The translations under genes and the position numbers were made by a program. The notes below the pieces were generated by a model. That model was not told the DNA's origin and ran no database searches. It worked only from the letters and a program-made list of their open reading frames with translations. Of a stretch of 40,560 nt of DNA, positions 23,864 through 34,243 are shown in pieces. The DNA is taken from assembly GCF_006345805.1 (NCBI RefSeq), contig NW_021835488.1:1-40560 (forward strand), given 5' to 3'. Position 1 is the stretch's first letter. Every line of letters starts with the position of its first letter. This DNA is from Octopus sinensis (lineage: Eukaryota).

Positions 23864-24272
23864 CTCGAAACGTAAAAGACTTTCTCACCTTCCCGAGCGT
23901 CAAACTAATACACCTGCTTGTTGTTTTACACCTGTCTTCAACTTTGTGTTTCTGTAAATTTCAACTATATATATGTGTGTGTGAGTGTGTGTATGTACAT
24001 GTATATATATATGTGTGTATATATATATTTATATATATATATATATATATATACACGCACACACATATGTATATAGTTGAAATTTACAGAAAAACAAAAG
24101 ACGAAGACGGGTGTATAAACAACAAGCAGGTGTATTAGTTTGACACTCGGGAAGGTGAGAAAATATTTTACGTTTCGAGCCTACCCTCTTCAACAGCAAG
24201 GAACACGAAGAAATAAACAGAGAGAGAATAAAAAAATAAATTTGTGGATTTGGCGGTCAATGATGGCGACTC
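23862..24272. mobile_element. Penelope-like pseudo-LTR-type fragment pair in inverted orientation around a microsatellite
   Basis: Arm 23862-23968 is inverted at 24073-24181; right arm extends to 24272; (TA)n outside and between; same family as 29590-29746. Penelope assignment rests on the hammerhead-like motif. Confidence 0.6.
24166..24200 (-). ncRNA. Degenerate hammerhead-ribozyme-like motif
   Basis: Minus strand CTGTTGA-A-GAG-GGTAGG-CTC-GAAA-CGT-A; A6 replaced by U, stem I degraded. Confidence 0.4.
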
Positions 24273-25535
24273 ATATATATATATTAAAGTTGTTTACGGG
24301 AAACGTTTTGAATATGCAAATAAAGCTCCTATTCCATTATACCTGTAATGATGTTTATTGGGGTTGCATCGAGCTGTACCGATATAATGTAGATTAAATA
24401 TAATAATAATAATAGCAAGAATCCTTGGATGGAATTTATAAACATTTAATACATCGCTACACGCGTTTCCACAAATCACATGTCTCTTAAGATCACAGAC
24501 CATATTCCTGGGATAATTTCAGTGAAGTTCGTAGTATCCGTGGGCATCGGGTAAGATCATCTTCATGGATTCATTTCTTCAGGCGATATAACATTAATGG
24601 ATCATTAACAGAGGGTCGGTTATCGCTTTTGACCAGTAAGAAGGTTGACTGAGTTATGTGGGTATTTCTGTATGTATCTCGTGGGAAGGAGGGGAAGTGA
24701 TGGAAAGAGAGGAAGGAATGGTAGTTATATGGGGATGACGGGGTGGGGGTGATTCAGTCTGCAGATGTCAAAGTAAGCCTCACATCACCACACACACCAA
24801 ACGACTGAAACTAAGAAATGATTAACACAATAAAAGAATAAAAGAAATAATATGGTTTTCGTAAACAATATGGCTACCATAATCCTTCTACTCTTACGTT
24901 TCCCATTACTCCTACTTCTCATAATCAAACATCGTCATCGTATTGTTATTGACAAATATTTTTAGTCACTCAGCCTGTTAAAAGAAATAGCAGCAAAATT
25001 TCACTCAAATTAGACATATTTTCTTGAAAACATGGGACGGCATTGGATTATGTGGAACTAGATATATATGTTCGCTAGAAGGATAAGATCGGTCGTAGTT
25101 GGCCTAGGGCTATATACAAACTAAACATGACAGCTTCACATACATCAGTCTCTTGTCAACATTTAATCTTTATTCTAGTTATATATCGAGAATTGAAGAC
25201 TTTTAAAATTTTAATCAGTTTCAGTCTTTTACTTATCTGTTTTTTCTTTCTTTAAAGCCATCATCCTTTGCGTGTATCTATACCATATTGAACACAATGG
25301 AGCTAAGCTTCGCTGCAGTAGCTCATTAACATTAGCTAATTAGCGCTAACTAATTAGCATGCTGCTAATCATCTATCGTAATTGCATTGTTTGTTTACGT
25401 ATTTAAGTCTCTAGTTGCGACGCAATCACATCCGATATTCTGTAATCTGAATATCGAGAGCTTCCACGTAACTAAAGATAGAAAATTATAAAAGACGCTT
25501 TTACTCGCCTATGGTGACCAGCAGGACTTGTTGAG

Positions 25536-25550
25536 AGGTCAACGTGACCT
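25536..25550. promoter_or_regulatory. Perfect IR3 nuclear-receptor element (consensus estrogen response element)
   Basis: AGGTCA-ACG-TGACCT; the motif is certain, function is not shown. Confidence 0.35.
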
Positions 25551-25764
25551 TAGAACTGAAGCAGAGAAAAATAAAATGTTATGATTCGTTCATTAGTATT
25601 TAAAATAATTAAATGAAGACAATTACAAAAGAAATCAAAAGGGAGTGGCTGGCTTTGTCGTCTGAGAGCTTTGTTTTGGCGGTGTTCAAGCCACTGTGCT
25701 TATAAAAAATTGTTTCCAACAGAGATACAATACCAGGAATTTAGGCGGAGAATGAATGACTGTG

Positions 25765-25890
25765 ATATGTTTTATCGACCCAGGGAAGATGAAAGACAAA
25801 GATAAAACCCGGTGAAATTTGAATTCAGAATATAGAGATTGGAGGGAAACGGTACGAGACATTTTGTCCGTCGCTTTAACGAATCTACAA
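25765..25890 (-). mobile_element. Old degenerate SINE family C remnant (a second at ~25945-26060)
   Basis: TTTTATCGACCCAGGGAAGATGAAAGACAAAG..GAAATTTGAATTCAGAA resembles the reverse complement of the family C core. Confidence 0.55.
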
Positions 25891-26082
25891 ATCCATTATG
25901 CTTATAATAGTTATTTCTAACATAGACATCGATTCCATTACAGATACTTTATCCAAAAGGATGAGAGTAAAGTTAGCTTCAACGAGATTTGAAGTCAGAC
26001 CGTAAAGGTTTAAATATCGCAAAATATTTTTCTCTGGCGTTTCTTCGGTTCTGACAATCTACTTTGCTTATAATTATATCTA

Positions 26083-26721
26083 TTGGGTTGTCCGGAAAGT
26101 TCGTGCCGATTTTTAAAAGAAAGAAAGATGGATACGCATTGTGCAACAAAATGGTTCATATATGGTTGATTAAAAATGTAACGGCAAGTATTTATTGACT
26201 TTTGTCAATGAATACTTGCCATTACATTTTTAATCAACCAAATATGAACCATTTTGTTGCACAATGCGTATCCATCTTTCCTTTAACTTGATAATACCCT
26301 CTTCCCAGAATTGAGATGGTCTCATGGCAAAGATTTCATCAAGGTATCTTTTTACGTCATCCAAGAAATTGAAATTTTTACCATTAAGACTATTCTGCAG
26401 AGGCCTGAATAAGTAGAAATCCGAAGGAGCAATATCTGGTGAATATGGAGGACGAGGTAACACATTACTGCCGAACTGCAACAATTTTTGTCTGGTTCCT
26501 AAAGTATCAAGTGCCGAAAATGAACTTTCTTATCTTCCATTTTAAAGGGTTACAGAATTAACACAGGTTATAGGAAGATAAACTTTCTTCCACGAAAAGA
26601 TAGCTTAAACTGTGCTTTAAATGGAGGTGAATTAAAATCTATTTTGTGGATTCAACCATGTTCTAAAACAAGTCGAAAGGTAAGTTACTATAAATCGGCA
26701 CGTACTTTCCGATTAACCTAA
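26083..26721 (-). mobile_element. Internally deleted mariner element with both TIRs and TA target duplication
   Basis: TA|TTGGGTTGTCCGGAAAGTTCGTGCCGATTT at the left end and AAATCGGCACGTACTTTCCGATTAACCTAA|TA at the right end. Confidence 0.9.
26230..26540 (-). pseudogene. Mariner transposase remnant: N-terminal ~13 codons joined to the C-terminal ~88 codons
   Basis: MEDKKVHFRHLIL* from ATG 26540, then ..LQFGSNVLPRPPYSPDIAPSDFYLFRPLQNSL..EEGIIKLKERWIRIVQQNGSYLVD*; YSPDLAPSD-type mariner motif. Confidence 0.9.
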
Positions 26722-26796
26722 TATTTCAATAGAAATCTAAATCTTTCATTAGGATTACAGTTAATTAAATATATTTTGTTCACAATTTTATCATAA

Positions 26797-27512
26797 GGTG
26801 CAGGCGTGTCTGTGAGGTAAGTAGCTTACTCACTAATCATATGATTCCGGGGTCAGTCCCACTGTGTGACACCTTAGGCAAGTGTCCTCTATAGCTTCGG
26901 GACGACCAAAACCTTGCGAGTGGATTTGGTAGACGGAAACTGAAATAAGCCCATCGTATGTGTGTGTGTCTGTGTGTGTGTGTATCTGCGTGTGCGTGTG
27001 TGTGCGAGTGTGTGTGTTTGTGTATAATGTATATATATATATTTTTTTACTACCCACAAGGGGTCAAACACAGAGGGGACAAACAAGGGCAGACAAACGG
27101 ATTAAGTCGACCCCAGTGCGTAACTGGTACATAATTTATCGACCCCGAAAGGATGAAATGCAAAGTCGACCTCGGCGGAATTAGAACTCAGAACGTAGCG
27201 GCAGACGAAATACGGCTACGCATTTCGCCCGGCGTGCTAACGTTTCTGCCAGCTCGCCGCCCTGTGTGTAATGTATATATCTATGCATGTATCTTCTGTG
27301 TTTGTTTCCCACCACCGCTTGAAAACCGGTTTTGGTGTGGGTACGTCCCTGTAACTTAGCGGTTCAGCAAAAGTGACCGATAGAATAAGTACCAGGCTTT
27401 AAAAAAAAAACAAGAGTCCTTGGGTCAATTTGTTTGATTAAAAATAAACCCTTTAAGACCGTACCCCAGCATGGCCGCAATCAAATGACTGAAACAAGTA
27501 ACAGATGAAAGA
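26797..27512 (+). mobile_element. SINE family A interrupted in its microsatellite slot by a family C copy
   Basis: Head 26797-26957, slot, nested insert, 3' half ~27295-27512. Confidence 0.88.
27044..27261 (-). mobile_element. SINE family C nested in SINE A, with 17-bp target-site duplication
   Basis: GTGT(A/G)TAATGTATATAT at 27020-27036 and 27264-27280. Confidence 0.9.
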
Positions 27513-27943
27513 TTTTTAAAAAATTGAAAATAACATTTAATATTGATCAGTAGGACCCAGTAGGTCTTTCGAGTATCATGAGTTCGAAAAAAGATTAACC
27601 CCGCCAAGATTAACTTTAAATGTTTTTTACTAACACTCAACAAGTATAAAACATTCGGGCCTTTTGGAGAGAAAGGAGATGCTATGGTGTGGTTTAAAAA
27701 AGATTAGGTTGCTATTTCTAGTAGGTCGAGACACCATGTATAGGTTTTGTATGTGGCAATGTAGATCAAAATGGACGATCATATCAACAATGGCTGCTTT
27801 TGGTCGGCTATACAATGTTGAAGGCTTTTAATTTCTTTATTATTAATTTTTACAAAAAAATTAAAGCGATTTTCGTCATCATCTTGCAAAGCTGCATTAA
27901 AACTACATTTTAAAAAAATAATCTGGTGAAAATTTGAAAACGT

Positions 27944-28373
27944 GAGTGGCTGTGTGGTAAGTAGCTTGCTTATCAACCACAGGGTTCCGGGTTCCGTCTC
28001 ACTACGTGGCACCTTGGGCAAGTGTCTTCTACTATAGCCTCGGGCTGACCAAAGCCCTGTGAGTGGATTTGGTAGACGGAAACTGAAAGAAACCCGTCGT
28101 ATATGCGTATGTGTGTGTGTATATATGTGTGTGTGTGTGTGCGTGTGTGTGTGTGTTTGTGTGTCTATATTTGTTCCCCCCCCAAAATCGCTTGACAACC
28201 GATGCTGGTGTGTTTACGTCCCCGTAACTTAGCGGTTCAGCAAAAAAAAAGAGACCGATAGAATAAGTACTAGGCTTACAAAGAATAAGTCCTGGGGTCG
28301 ATTTGCTCGACTAAAGGCGGTGCTCCAGCATGGCCGCAGTCAAATTACCGAAACAAGTAAAAAGAGTAAAGAG
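27944..28373 (+). mobile_element. SINE family A
   Basis: GAGTGGCTGTGTGGTAAG head through CAGTCAAATTACCGAAACAAGTAAAAAGAG tail. Confidence 0.92.
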
Positions 28374-28569
28374 TACGTGCAAAAAATTTTAACAACATCC
28401 AAATATATTACTAGTGCCAAAGACAAAGGTTCCACAGTCACTTGACCTGCTAGAAATGACAGTCAAATCTCCTTTCAATGATTTTCCTGCAGTTTTGAAA
28501 AAAGAGGACAGTGAACGATGCTGTCCCAGAGAATTTGAAATAAACTGTTAATTTTCGTTTATACTTTAC

Positions 28570-28798
28570 TTTTGCTTTTACTTTTACTTGTTTCAGTCAT
28601 TTGACTGCGGCCATGCTGGAGCACCGCCTTTAGTCGAGCAAATCGACCCCGGGACTTATTCTTTTTGTAAGCCCAGTACTTATTCTATCGGTCTCTTTTT
28701 GCCGAACCGCTAAGTGACGGGGACGTAAACACACCAGCATCGGTTGTCAAGCAATGCTAGGGGGACAAACACAGACACACAAACACACACACATACAC

Positions 28799-28829
<31 letters not shown>

Positions 28830-29008
28830 ATATATATACATACGTACGACAGGCTCTTTCAGTTTCCGTCTACCAAATCCACTCACAAGGCTTTGGTCGG
28901 CCCAAGGCTATAGTAGAAGACATTTGCCCAAGATGCCACGCAGTGGGACTGAACCCGGAACCATGTAGTTCATAAGCAAGCTACTTACCACACAGCCACT
29001 CCTGCGCC
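28570..29008 (-). mobile_element. Full-length SINE family A, tail-to-tail with the previous copy
   Basis: Exact reverse-complement organisation, ending CAGCCACTCCTGCGCC. Confidence 0.92.
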
Positions 29009-29589
29009 TATAATTAACTTTTGCTTTTTTTGTTTTTAGTCATATATGGCTGGTTCGCTGACGAGAGAGAGAGAGAAGATGCCAGGATAGTAAGTGATGA
29101 ATGAAAGTAGATGGAATGCGCAACAGAAAATTGAAATTGTAAATGAGGAGATTTGTATGTGTGTCTATGTACATACATTCGTGTGTGAGGGGGGGGGGGT
29201 TTCAGTGTTTGCCTTTGAAGCAATCTCTAAAATGTCTACAGCTTAATTTGACATCTTGGAAAAATTTTTGCCTAGATCGATCTACATGGCGTAAAATTTC
29301 TCATAATGCATCGAAACAATTTAAGTTTAAGAAACAGAACAATAAAACAATTATTTCCAGCTATCAACAAATACATTTGTCCAATCCCAAGCAAAATCCA
29401 AATCATCAGTGTCCCCTTTATGACTTCATAGAAGAATCCGTGAATTACATTTATGCATTCACTGCAAATAGATGTAGTTTCTTTATTTTCAAAGTTGCTT
29501 TTTTTATTGACACCGGTCATGTCTAACCTATTACCACCCGTGAAATTTTTAAAATCCTTATTTAGTACACTATGACCTACTCGACTTAG

Positions 29590-29746
29590 GAGTTGTTAGC
29601 CACTACACACATTTTTTCTCTGTGTCCCTTTCTGGAGAAGAGCGTAGGCTCGAAACGTAAAAGACTTTATCTATTCCTGAGCGTTATACTAATACATCTG
29701 TTTCTTTGTACACCACCTGTCTTCGTCTTTTGTTTTTTTCGTAACC
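29590..29746 (+). mobile_element. Penelope-like fragment abutting a (TA)n array
   Basis: GGCTCGAAACGTAAAAGACTTT..GAGCGTTATACTAATACATCTG..ACACCACCTGTCTTCGTCTTTTG matches the arms at 23862 and 24181. Confidence 0.65.
29628..29663 (+). ncRNA. Minimal type I hammerhead-ribozyme-like motif (A6 changed to G)
   Basis: Stem I CTTT/AAAG; core CTGGAGA; extra A; stem II GAGC-GTAG-GCTC; GAAA; palindromic ACGT stem III; predicted cleavage after A29659. Confidence 0.5.
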
Positions 29747-30164
29747 ATATATGTATATATATATATATATATATATAATAAATATATATATATATATATA
29801 TAATCATATATGTATGTATGTGTATATATGTATGTATGTGTATATATATATTGTATGTGTGTATATATATATTTATGTAATGTGTATATATATATATGTA
29901 TGTGTGTATATATATATATGTATTTGTGTATAATATATATCTGTGTATATATATATATATGTATGTGTATATATATGGTATGTGTATATATATGTATGTA
30001 TATATATATGTATATTATATATATATATGTATGTGTATATATATGTATGTGTATATATATGTATGTGTATAATATATATATTATATGTATGTGTATATAT
30101 ATATGTTGTGTAATATATATATATATAGTATATATATATATTAAATATATATATCTGTATGTTG

Positions 30165-30195
<31 letters not shown>

Positions 30196-30225
30196 GTATA
30201 TATATATATGTATATATATTATACA

Positions 30226-30257
<32 letters not shown>
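29747..30257. repeat. Degenerate (TA)n/(TATG)n array
   Basis: Directly visible. Confidence 0.95.
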
Positions 30258-30259
<2 letters not shown>

Positions 30260-30597
30260 ATATTATTATTAATAATAATAGTAGGAAATATAATTCCAAA
30301 CATCAGAGAAAAATTCAATTTTCCATTCTAATCAATTTCACAATATATAATTTAGTGATTTTTTAAAATAATATTTATTATAGTATATTAAAATTTTTTC
30401 TATATGTTGTGGATATGTCTTTCACTATTGAATTACTTACTAAAGGTTATTTCTCTTAATTACACACACACACATACAACCACACAACACACACATATAT
30501 ATATATTTGATTGATTTGATTTTGATTTTTCCAGTTTCAGCTTATGAGCTGTGGCCAAGCTGGGGCACCACCATTTGGTGTGCTACTTGGTTTCACT

Positions 30598-33208
30598 TCA
30601 TGAAGGCTTTCTAGCAGCTGCTATGTGGTGCATGAGAGAGTTCGATGCAGCTGCCCTCATCTGCCCTCCTGCCGTGAAGTTGGTTCATCTGGACAACCTG
30701 ACAGAAGAGATCCAGCTTCATTTTAAAGACATCTGTATCCACCCATGCAGGTCTCTCAGGTTCTTCGGGAGGATATTGAAGAGCTGGGGCCTCGGAAGCC
30801 CAGGCTATCACAGAATCTTGTCCTACATCTTGATGGCAAGTTTGGAGTCCTAGGCCCACGCAGTGGGCCCCAGTTCTGGCATTTGCGTAACTCTCGATGC
30901 CAAAGTTCAGGACACTTCCCTCCAGGATCTTCCATATGTATATTGGCATATCTTTCCCGCCTACGCTCCAGGGAATATAATTTTAATTTCCTGAGTCTTT
31001 CCCAGTAGCTTACATTCTGCATAGAGGCTATCTTCTTCGTGTAGCTACGTTGGATCGCCTCGAGCTCTGTGATCAACTTGACACTGGATGGTGACCATAA
31101 CTGAGAGCAGTAGTCAAAGTGGCTTAGGACAAGTGTCCTCCAGAGGACCATCATGGTTTCTTGTTCTCTTGTTCTAAGTTCTGAGATCCATCCGGCCAGT
31201 CGTCTACATTTCATTGCCAATTTAGCAACATGTACACGAAAGGTCGCGTCATCACTCATGTAAATACCTAGGTCACGCACTGATTGTGCCTCTGGGATTG
31301 CTATTCCTCCGGGTCCATGTGTTTCATTGGGTATTGCATTTAGTTTTGCAGCTGATGTATAGAGCTTGAAACTTTTCAGCATTGAAACTGCATGCTATTC
31401 TTTTCGGCCCACTTGTATATTTTGTCTAGCTCACATGCAGGTGTTTAGTGTCCTCAGGGTTCTGTATTGCCTGTGAACTTTGTATCATCTGCATAACTTT
31501 TGATCGTGGCTCTCTGCGTGGCTGAGGGCATGTCTGAGAGGGCCATTATGAACAGTAGTGGTCCCAGAACAGTGCCCTGCGGAACACCGCTCACTATTTG
31601 CGTGTTAATGGAAGTGGCCCCTACCACCTGACTTCTATCTTTCAGAAAGTCATGAAGCCATTCTCCCAGTTTTCCAACTATGTTGAGATCACGCAGTTGT
31701 GACAAATATCATTCCATGATCGACTTTATCAAAGGCCTTTGCAAAGTCGAGATATATCACTTCCACATTTGAGTGGTTGAGCAGCCGTTTCAGCCCCAGT
31801 CATAGTGTTGTAGGAGCTGAGTTAAACAGCTTCTCCTGGTCTATAGCTTTGATTACATCGTCTTCCTTTATATCGATGTAATCTATCGTCGCCGCCTCTG
31901 ATTTTATATCTGCAGTGGTAAAAAAGTCAGTTGGATTGGTGATTTGGAGATGCCCAGGGGTGGAGTGAAAACACTCTTGAATTGCTCATTCAGTATTTTC
32001 ACTTACCCTCATTGTTTTCCTGTAAGTGTGCCATCCTTTTCGAGGAGTGGCCCTATTCTACAGTGCACCGTAGCTGTTTCTTTGGCATACCTGTAGAAAG
32101 CTCTGGGGTTAGATTTATGTTGTCTATAGCCAGGCTTCTTTGTCTGCTCTTTCCTTTTCATGGGAGAGTTTCAGACATTTTTCGATTTCCAACAGTTTTA
32201 TTTTTAGGCGGGACTTTTCACTGCTTTCATCTGTTTGTTTAGGCGAGTTAAAAATTTTGTACGCCGTCTCATTAGAGTTTTCCTCTCTCTGGGGATTTTG
32301 TTCTTGTGTACAGTGGCCTTTCTCTCTGGAACATATTTGTAGCATATGGCTTGCATTACAGACATGAATTGTTGAAGTTTCACGTCGATGTCTGGCGAGG
32401 AGAGACATTTAGGCCAGTTTTGTTTGAGGATCTCTTTCTCAATTTGTTTCCAGTTTGCCTTATGGTAGTTCAAGCTGAAAGATTCTGGGGGTTTCTTGTA
32501 GCTGCATGTCCGTGCTCTCTTTTGGCCCGTACATGGTCAGCTCTATCATGTTGTGATCCGAGAGTAGTGTCGGTGTCACTTTCACATTATGGATGAGATC
32601 CATGTCATTTGTGAAGCAGAGATCCAGTGTGTTACCTGCCCTGGTTGGTTGGAGTATTACCTGCTCCATGTACTGGGTGTTGATGAGGTTCAGGAGGGAC
32701 CTCGCCTGTCCCGTTCACATCTGTCATTCCTGTGAGAGAAAGGCCCTCGGGCCATCTGACATTGGAGATTGAAGTCTCCCATAAGAAGTACACTTATGTG
32801 TTGTGTCTAATGTGGTTAGAACTTCTTCTATTTTTATAAGGCAGTCTTCAAACTTGCCCACATGGCTTGGGGCATCTGGAGGGCGGTAATGTACACACCA
32901 ACTACATCAAGTTGCCTAATTGTACAATTAGTGTGTCACACACCGAGTTTGAGTATGACAAGAGGACCTGGGGTGTGAGGTCCTCACGGATGTACATAGC
33001 AACACCTCCATGACTCCTTTCTTTCCTGTCGGTCCGTAGTACAGCATACTGTGGTATGTGTAACTCCGCATCTGCTATATCCGGTTTCAGGTGCGTTTCC
33101 GTTAGTGCTATGCATAAGGCTTGATTGCATGCAACAAAATCTCTCAGGAACGGGATTTTTTGTCCTGTTACTGAGTGTTTGCAGTCCTCTGATGTTCAGT
33201 AGGAGCAT
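30598..33208 (-). pseudogene. Frameshifted ORF2 (AP endonuclease plus reverse transcriptase)
   Basis: LLLNIRGL, LLMGDFNL, PTRAGNTLDLCFTN, SDHN (endonuclease); YLDFAKAFDKVDH, SGVPQGTVLGPLLF, YADDTK, VRDLGIYM, LYSLERRRERY (RT and C-terminus); early RT region missing at ~31830. Confidence 0.9.
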
Positions 33209-33380
33209 CGAGGTGAGGTTTACGTTGTTGCCGTGGTGTCCATCCTGGGTCTGTTTTCTGTGGTAGTGTCTGGTAATAGTGGGTAGTCCCACCTGGGGGC
33301 TTGGGTTTGATGAAGCCAGGTCAGCTGCTGTCAAATCTTTGTGCCATGCACAAAAAAGATTGTTGCTCAGCAGCTGCCCT

Positions 33381-33786
33381 TTCGACACATCATGTGGTGG
33401 TTTGTGGCACGCACAACATCTGCGTACCTCCGCTTTGGGGCAAGTGGTGCGTGGTCCATCCTTTTCCTTGTGTTGATGGTTTGTCCATCTGCCTCGTGTC
33501 CTCGTGGCAGGGTCCCCGATATATATATATATTGCCGTTCGTCATGACAAGTCCTCTACGACTTCACACTAGGTGAGGACTTCGACAACACATGTTGGTG
33601 GTTTGTGGCACGCACAACATCTGCGTACCTCCGCTTTGGGGCAAGTGGTGCGTGGTCCATCCCTTTTCCTTGTGTTGATGGTTTGTCCATCTGCCTCGTG
33701 TCTCTGTGGCAGGGTCCCCGATATATATATATGTATACCGTTCGTCATGACAAGTCCTCTACGACTTCATCACTAGGTGAGGACTT
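33381..33786 (-). repeat. ~200-bp tandem duplication at the 5' junction of the LINE
   Basis: TTCGACA at 33381 and 33581; both units end CTAGGTGAGGAC(TT). Confidence 0.92.
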
Positions 33787-33929
33787 AACCACCATTTTTC
33801 AATGTATCATTCTCTTTTTGGTGTTAGCTTGAAATTTGAGAGAGAGATCTTACAGCCATTTTTAGCTGGCCGAAGGACTGCATGCGGAATTCGTCGTTAG
33901 CCGGTAATTGTAATTGTTTAGTAAATTGG

Positions 33930-34135
33930 CTTCGTACTTCGGCACAAGGCCAGCAATTTTGAGGGAGGGAGCTTGTAGATTACATCCACCCTAGTGTTCA
34001 ACTGGTACTTAATTTATCTACTCCGAAAGGATGAAAGGCAAAGTCGACTTCGACGGAATATGAACCCAGAACGTAAAGACGGATGAAATACCACTAAGCA
34101 TTCTACCGACGTGGTAACGATTCTGCTAGCTCACA
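33930..34135 (-). mobile_element. Degenerate SINE family C-related copy
   Basis: AACTGGTACTTAATTTATCTACTCCGAAAGGATGAAAGGCAAAGTCGAC..GAACCCAGAACGTAAAG. Confidence 0.75.
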
Positions 34136-34187
34136 GGCTTAGTTGCTTAGTAAATTACGAGTAAATTCATAAAATAAATCCGCATCT

Positions 34188-34229
<42 letters not shown>

Positions 34230-34243
34230 CATATATATATATA

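Larger units (their letters stand above)
30506..33786 (-). mobile_element. CR1-type non-LTR retrotransposon, 5'-truncated inside ORF1, internally deleted, with (AAATC)n-like tail
   Basis: AP endonuclease and RT motifs on minus; short 3' UTR; TTGA(T)TT repeats at 30507-30530 form the tail. Confidence 0.9.
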
